From Myxococcota bacterium (GTDB taxonomy: Bacteria; Myxococcota_A; UBA9160; UBA6930), in assembly GCA_020027245.1 (NCBI GenBank), contig JAHRAN010000056.1, positions 1-55,055 on the forward strand: a stretch of 55,055 bases of DNA, read 5' to 3'. The notes beneath the pieces are model-generated. The model did no database searches, was not told where the DNA came from, and was given only the letters and a program-made list of their open reading frames with translations. Of the stretch, positions 1-6,200 are shown in pieces (position 1 is the first letter of the stretch; the number at the start of each line of letters is the position of its first letter). The position numbers were made by a program, and so were the translations under genes.

Positions 1-1038
1 GTCGAGTTGGCGTTGCCGCCCGGCGTGCTGCCGCCCGAGATTCCCGAGGACAATCCGCTCACCCGCGCGAAAGTCGAACTCGGGCGCCGGTTGTACTTCG
101 ACCAGCGGCTCTCCACGGATGGCACGGTTGCCTGCGCCACCTGCCACGACCCGGCGAGCGGTTTCGCCGACCCGCGTGGCGCGCCCACCTCGGCGGGTGT
201 CGGTGGTCAGCACGGCGAGCGCAACGCGCCGACGGTGCTGAACGCGGCCCTGCTGCTCGACCAGTTCTGGGACGGGCGCGCCGTCGGGCTCGAGGCGCAG
301 GCCGAGCAGCCGCTGATGAACCCGCTCGAGCACGGCTTCGAGAGCGCCGAGGCCGTCGTCCAGCACGCGCGCGCGCTGCCCGGTTACGCCGAGGCTTTCG
401 CGCGCGCCTTCGGTGACGACGAGGTGACGCTCACGCGCATCGCACAGGCCATCGCGAGTTTCGAGCGCACGCTGCTCTCGCTCGATGCGCCGATAGACCG
501 CTACCTCGCCGGCGATGAAGGCGCGCTGTCGGACGCTGCGAAACGCGGCTGGGAACTCTTCAACGGCAAGGCGCGCTGCAACAACTGTCACGGACACATC
601 GAGGTGCTGCCGCTCTTCAGCAACGAGGACTACCACAACCTTGGAGTCGGCATCGAAAAGTTTGACTTCGAGGCGGTGGCGCGCCGCGCCGAGGCGCAGG
701 TGGCCGCCGGTACAAAGGTCGCCGAACTCGCGCTCGACGCCGCGCAGTCGAGCGAGCTCGGGCGCTTCGTCGTGACCGGGGAGGGAAAACATATTGGAGC
801 CTTCAAGACCCCGCCGCTGCGCAACCTGGGCCACACCGCGCCGTACATGCACGACGGCAGCGAGGCCACGCTGCGGGATGTGATCGAGTTCTACGACCGG
901 GGCGGCAACGCCAACCCCTGGCTGGATGGCGGTATGCTTCAACTCGGTCTCTCCGAGGTGGAGAAGGCCGATCTGCTGGCGCTGCTCGAGAGCTTCGACA
1001 GCAGCGACTTGCATCGCTTCGATGGACTTGCGCCCTGA
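1..1038 (+). CDS. Di-haem cytochrome c peroxidase / MauG-family protein (5' end outside window)
   Basis: The frame is open from the window edge. It has two haem c motifs, CATCH and CNNCH. The block NPLTRAKVELGRRLYFDQRLS..ACATCHDP and the C-terminal TPPLRN..APYMHDG are typical of bacterial CCP/MauG. No signal peptide is visible, so the N-terminus is probably upstream. Confidence 0.85.
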   Translation, partial: VELALPPGVLPPEIPEDNPLTRAKVELGRRLYFDQRLSTDGTVACATCHDPASGFADPRGAPTSAGVGGQHGERNAPTVLNAALLLDQFWDGRAVGLEAQAEQPLMNPLEHGFESAEAVVQHARALPGYAEAFARAFGDDEVTLTRIAQAIASFERTLLSLDAPIDRYLAGDEGALSDAAKRGWELFNGKARCNNCHGHIEVLPLFSNEDYHNLGVGIEKFDFEAVARRAEAQVAAGTKVAELALDAAQSSELGRFVVTGEGKHIGAFKTPPLRNLGHTAPYMHDGSEATLRDVIEFYDRGGNANPWLDGGMLQLGLSEVEKADLLALLESFDSSDLHRFDGLAP

Positions 1039-1078
1039 CGCGGGGCGTAGAGAGGAGGGCATCGTGTACCGAAACAAC

Positions 1079-2209
1079 ATGACGCGCAAGGAGATCGAGC
1101 GGCGCTTTGCCGAGCGCAGGCCCGAGGACGAGAAGCTGCTGCGCACACTTCGGAACTGCGACCGGCGCCACTTTCTGCGCACCTCGCTGCGCTTCGCCGG
1201 CATGGCGGCGGCGGCGAGTCTGGTGCCGCATCAGAGCTTCCAGCTCGTGAATGTGGCGCACGCGGCCATCCCCGGCGCGTCGCCCGACCAGGCCTTCCGC
1301 TTCGCCTACATCTCCGACACCCATCTCTACGACCGCGGCCTCGATCACCGCTTCGTGACCAGCGTGCTGAAGGCGGTCGAGGATGTGAACGCGCTCGACC
1401 CGCAACCCGACTTCGTGCTCTTCGGCGGCGACCTCGCGCAACTCGGCCGCCCCGGCGAACTCGAACTCGGCAGGCAACTGCTCGGCGAAGTGCGCGCGCC
1501 GCTGCGCATGATCGTCGGCGAGCACGACTGGTATCTCGACCTCGGCGAGAAGTGGCGCGAGTTCTTCGGCCCCGACTACTACTCGTTCGACCACAAGGGC
1601 ATCCACTTCGTGGCGCTGAACAGCGTGGTCGAAAAGGATTTCTGGACGGAGAAGGGCTACACGCCCGAGGAGCGCATGGCCATCGTCGCCGGCCTCGACG
1701 ACAACCGGCAGAGCCCCTTCGAGGTCGGCGCGGAGCAGCGCGACTGGTTGCAGAAAGATCTCGCGCAGGTCGAGCGCAAGACGCCGATCATCGTCTTCTC
1801 CCACTCGCCGCTCTACAAACTCTACAAGCCTTGGAACTTCTGGACCGATGACGCCGACGAAGTGCAAGCGTTGCTGCGGCCCTTCAAGACGGTGACCGTG
1901 ATCCACGGCCACACGCATCAACTGTTGACCAACCGCATCCGCAACATCCAGTTTCACGGTCTGCTCTCCACGGCCTGGCCCTGGCCCTACGCGCCGGAGG
2001 GTTTGCCGGAGTACACCGTGCAGATGTTCCGCGCCGACCCCTTCAACGCGCTCGATGGCTGCGGCGACGGCGCGGTGGATGTCCTGCCGAATGGCCGCGT
2101 GGACAAGCACTACAACCTCTGGGCGCGCAACCCGCGCACAGTGACGGCGAAGCAGCTCGCAAAGCGTCGCCCGCCCGAGGGCGGCGGCCACCAGGGGCCG
2201 TCCTACTGA
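1079..2209 (+). CDS. Tat-exported metallophosphoesterase (calcineurin-like)
   Basis: In-frame ATG at 1079. A twin-arginine motif (DRRHFLRTSL) is followed by a hydrophobic stretch. Metallophosphoesterase motifs are present: YISDTH, GGDL, GEHDW, HSP and GHTHQ. The annotated ORF start at 926 overlaps the upstream gene and is unlikely. Confidence 0.8.
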   Translation: MTRKEIERRFAERRPEDEKLLRTLRNCDRRHFLRTSLRFAGMAAAASLVPHQSFQLVNVAHAAIPGASPDQAFRFAYISDTHLYDRGLDHRFVTSVLKAVEDVNALDPQPDFVLFGGDLAQLGRPGELELGRQLLGEVRAPLRMIVGEHDWYLDLGEKWREFFGPDYYSFDHKGIHFVALNSVVEKDFWTEKGYTPEERMAIVAGLDDNRQSPFEVGAEQRDWLQKDLAQVERKTPIIVFSHSPLYKLYKPWNFWTDDADEVQALLRPFKTVTVIHGHTHQLLTNRIRNIQFHGLLSTAWPWPYAPEGLPEYTVQMFRADPFNALDGCGDGAVDVLPNGRVDKHYNLWARNPRTVTAKQLAKRRPPEGGGHQGPSY

Positions 2210-2262
2210 GCGCGCGCCGCGCGGGGCTTGAAACCTTAAAACCACAAACAGGGAGCAAGGGC

Positions 2263-2994
2263 ATGACACGACGCAACCGCACCACCACACTCATTTTAAC
2301 TTTCTACTGCGCGGGCTTTCTGCTCGCCGCCATCGGTCTCGCCGTCGCCGCCTCGGGCGACGACGCCGTGGCGCGGCGCAGCGGCGACCCGGCCCTTCAC
2401 GAGGCTTGGGCCGCGCGGGTCGTCTGGGCCTGCGACCGGCGCAAGCTGGTGATCGTCGAGGGCGTGCGCCCGGACGAGCCGATTCCCCCGCAGCGCGCGC
2501 AACTCGTGGCGGACTTGCTGCAGGATCTGATGCGCTACTGCAACGAGGAGATCACGGCGCGGCTCGGCGTGGATCAGCGCATCACCGTCTCGGCGCGGGG
2601 TCTGGTGCACGAGGACTACCTGCCGGGCGGCCCGCTGCCGATTGTGCCCGCAAGCTACGGCGAGCCGACCCGGCGCGAGCGCCTGATCTGGGCCGCCGCG
2701 CTCGAGAAGCTGGTGACCGAGGGCGACCGCCTGTTCCACAGCGACGAAATCGGCAGCAACGGCATTGCATGCGCCATGTGTCATCCGCACGCCTCGGGCA
2801 CGCACCCCGAGACCTATCCGAAGTTCCAGACCCAGTTGAAGAAGGTGGCGCTGCTGCGCGACATGGTGAACTGGTGCATCCTGAACCCGCTCGAAGGCGA
2901 GGAACTCGCCGCCGATGACCCGCGCATGATGGCCCTCGAGGCCTACATCCTCGCCCAGCGCAACGGCAAGGTGATCGAAGTCGGCAAGCACTGA
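2263..2994 (+). CDS. Membrane-anchored mono-haem c-type cytochrome
   Basis: N-terminal TM helix (LILTFYCAGFLLAAIGLAVAA). There is a single CAMCH haem-binding motif followed by an NWCILNPLEG...ALEAYI block. It lies in the same operon orientation as the two upstream genes. Confidence 0.6.
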   Translation: MTRRNRTTTLILTFYCAGFLLAAIGLAVAASGDDAVARRSGDPALHEAWAARVVWACDRRKLVIVEGVRPDEPIPPQRAQLVADLLQDLMRYCNEEITARLGVDQRITVSARGLVHEDYLPGGPLPIVPASYGEPTRRERLIWAAALEKLVTEGDRLFHSDEIGSNGIACAMCHPHASGTHPETYPKFQTQLKKVALLRDMVNWCILNPLEGEELAADDPRMMALEAYILAQRNGKVIEVGKH

Positions 2995-3020
2995 CCGCGG
3001 TGCTTGCGCACCCCGCCCCA

Positions 3021-3053
3021 CCTTTTGACCGCCCCGAGCGGCTGCCGGATTCC
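3021..3053. repeat. Intergenic repeat family B copy (TTTTGACCGC..GAGCGGCTGCCGGA)
   Basis: ccttttgaccgccccgagcggctgccggattcc. The same motif recurs at 23871, 31095 (rc), 31869, 34075 (rc) and 46866. Confidence 0.7.
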
Positions 3054-3226
3054 TCCCTGCATAAGAGGGTTGGGGGGTTGAGGTCCGGGCGAGGGTTCAT
3101 AATTTTTTTGAAATTTATTTTAAATTTTGCTTGCACGGGTTGCTTTGTGCGTATAGAGTGCGCCCAACTTGAAGCCACTGGAGGTGCACTCGATGCCCGG
3201 CAACGCCGTAGCGAACTCTGTTTTGC

Positions 3227-6200
3227 GTGACAACTTTACCCCCCCCCCCCCCCGGGGGCGGCGATGGGCCGACTCATGAGGTCAACCGCGCACGGCTGAC
3301 CGGACGCCGCTCGGCGTTCCTCCGAAAAATTATTGCCGCGCTCACTCTGGGCGCGGCTTTTCTGTTGCACGCGCCAGCGGCCTTCGCGCAGACCGTCCCG
3401 ACCGTGCGAAGCCTTTCGATCACGAGTAACCCCGGTGCGGATGGCATGTATGTCACCGGCGACAACATTGAGGTCACCGTCACTTTCAGCGCGCGCATCC
3501 TCTCCTCCAGCGCGCAGCTCGAGCTGACCGTGGGTTCGGCACCCCGGCAGGCGCGATCCTCTGGCGTGGCGAATCCCTCATCCGGCCATAATCAGTTGGA
3601 GTTTCGCTACACCGTGATGGCGGCTGACACAGACACCGATGGCATCAGCATCGCCGCGAATTCGCTGGCCGGCGACATTGTCGATGGTGTAACGCCCCAC
3701 CCCAACGCCAATCTCAATCACCGGGCGCTCCCTGCCAACTCCGGTCATCGGGTGAACAGTGCGCAGACCACGCCGACCGGCCCGACTGCGGGAAGCCCGA
3801 CTGTGACAAGCGTTGCGCTCGCGACTCCCCCCGGTGATGACGGCATGCATGTACCCAACGAGGTCATTGACGTTTTCGTCACCTTCAGCGAGGCAGTCAG
3901 CGTCACCGGCACGCCGCAAATCGCGCTGACCGTGGGTTCGGTAACCCGGCAGGCGAACTACCGCAGTGGCAGCGGCACGGGGTCTCTGTTGTTTCAGTAC
4001 ACCGTGATGGCGGCAGATCGGGACACCGATGGCATCAGCATCGCCGCCAACGCGCTGCGCCTGAACGGCGGCATGATTAACTCCGCCACCAACAGCGCCA
4101 CCGCCGCCAATCTCATGCACGGGGAGGAGCCCTTCCCGGCGCACCGGGTGAACGTGACCGGCGCCCCGCCAGTGGCAGGCCCGACTGTGGAGACCCCGCC
4201 AGTGAACTGCCCGGCTGCGGACAGCCTGACCGTGCGCGACCTGGCGATCACAAGCCTCGCCGATGCGGACGGGAGCTATGCCACCGGCGACACCATCGCC
4301 GTCACCGTCAGCTTCAACGCATGCGCCACCGTTACCGGAGTGCCGCAGCTCGCGCTGACCGTGGGTTCGGCAACCCGGCAGGCGGACTACAACCGTGGCA
4401 GCGGCACGACGGCGCTGGTGTTCGAATACACCGTGGTGGAAGCCGACGCGGATATGAACGGCATCAGCATCGCCGAAGACAGCCTGACGGCGACGGGCGA
4501 TGACATCACCATCGTCGCCACCGCCGACGCCGACATCGCCGCCGAACTCGATCACGCGGCGCTCGCCGCCGACCCCGATCATCTGGTGAACGCCAGCATC
4601 CCGACCGTGAGCGGCCTGGCGATCACGAGCGACGCCGGTATGGACAACATGTATGTAACAGGCGACACCATCGCCGTTACCCTCACCTTCAGCGAGGCAG
4701 TCAGCGTCACCCGCACGCCGGAACGCATGGGCACGCCGGAGCGCATGGGCACGCCGGCGCGCACGCCGCAACTCGCGCTGACCGTGGGCACGGAAACCCG
4801 GCAGGCGGACTACGAGAGCGGCAGCGGCAGCACGGCGCTGGTGTTCGAGTACGAAGTGGTGGCGGCAGATCGGGACACCGATGGCGTAAGCGTCGCCGCC
4901 AACACGCTGCACCTGAACGGCGGCGGCATTAACTCCGCCGCGTCCGGCGCCATCATCGCCAATCGCGCGCACATGGCGCTCGCCGCCGACGAGGCGCAGC
5001 GGGTGAACATCGCGCCGATGGTGATCGGCACGCGGATCACGAGCAACCCCGGCAGCGATGGTATGTATGCCACCGACGACAACATTGATGTCACCGTCAG
5101 CTTCAGCGTGAGCGTCAGCGTTACCGGCACGCCGCATCTCACACTGACCGTGGGCTCGCAAACCCGGCAGGCGAACTACCTGAGCGGCGGCCACAGTTCG
5201 GCGCAGGCGTCTCCGGGAAACAGCCTCAACCGCAACCACGAGGGCGGGGGCGGCAGCCCCGGCACAGCGCTGGTGTTTCGCTACACCGTGGTGGCGGCAG
5301 ATCGGGACACCAACGGCATCAGCGTCGTCGCCGACAGCCTGACGGCGATGGGCGCCAACACCATCGTCGCCACGGACGGCGGGATGAACGCCGTGCTCGA
5401 TCACGCGGCGCTCGAAGCCGACAACGACCACTTGGTGCGCTACGAGCCGATCGGCCTGTGCGCCGACGACCCGATGGCGCGCAGCGAAGCGGTGCGCAAC
5501 GCAATTCTGGCGCGCCTGTCGGCCACTGCGGCGACGTGCGCCACCGTCACCGAAACGAATTTGAACAGCGTGAGCGGCCCGCTGGATATTTCCAGTCGGA
5601 GCCTCGCTGAATTTCTGCCGCGCGACTTCGCCGGCCTGGGTGCGGTGACCAGACTGGACTTGTCCGGCAATATGCTGAGCGTCCTGCCCTTCGATGCATT
5701 TGCAGGCCTGCCCACGCTGACCAGCTTGGACTTGTCCGGCAACTCGCTGGCCGGGCTGCCCGTGACGGTGTTCAACGGTTTGGACGCGCTGACCACATTG
5801 GACCTGTCCGACAACTCGCTGGCCGCACTGCCCGTCGGTGTATTTGCTGAACTCGACGCGCTGACCACCCTGAACCTGAACGGCAATGCGCGTTTGATGC
5901 TGCCGTCCGGCGCACTGAATCCGGTCATCAATACCCTTACAACGCTGAACCTGGCCAATACCCCCTACGCCCCCGCGCCGGTCATCAGCGTTGTGGTTCT
6001 GGGGGAGGCTCTCCATGCCTCCCCGGGCGCGCCGGCGACCTTCACGCTGGTCGCTACGCGCTCGCAGGTGCCGGTGGAGCTGCTCGCCGCTACGCAGGTT
6101 GCGTGGTCGGTGACGGGCGGCGGTCTGGCTGCCGCGCAGACCGGCACGAACACCATCCCCGCTGGCGGCAGCAGCGCGACCTTTACGGTTACGCCGACTG

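Noticed and set aside
3127-3157. Sigma70-like promoter for the autotransporter (TTGCAC 3131-3136 / TATAGA 3152-3157)
   Set aside because: The spacer is 15 nt, and 19 nt with the alternative TTGCTT. Neither is near the optimal 17 nt. It is plausible but too weak to list as a feature.
3170-3186. AGCCACTG, which resembles the conserved B12-box core of cobalamin riboswitches, upstream of the autotransporter
   Set aside because: Only this 7-8-nt match is present. The upstream leader is AT-rich and lacks the other conserved riboswitch stems. The match also overlaps the GGAGG Shine-Dalgarno sequence.
3239-3262. Pro5-Gly3 N-terminal peptide (PPPPPGGG) as a functional proline-rich motif
   Set aside because: It is simply the translation of the C15G5 homopolymer upstream of the signal peptide. 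It is better explained at the DNA level (see the phase-variation finding).
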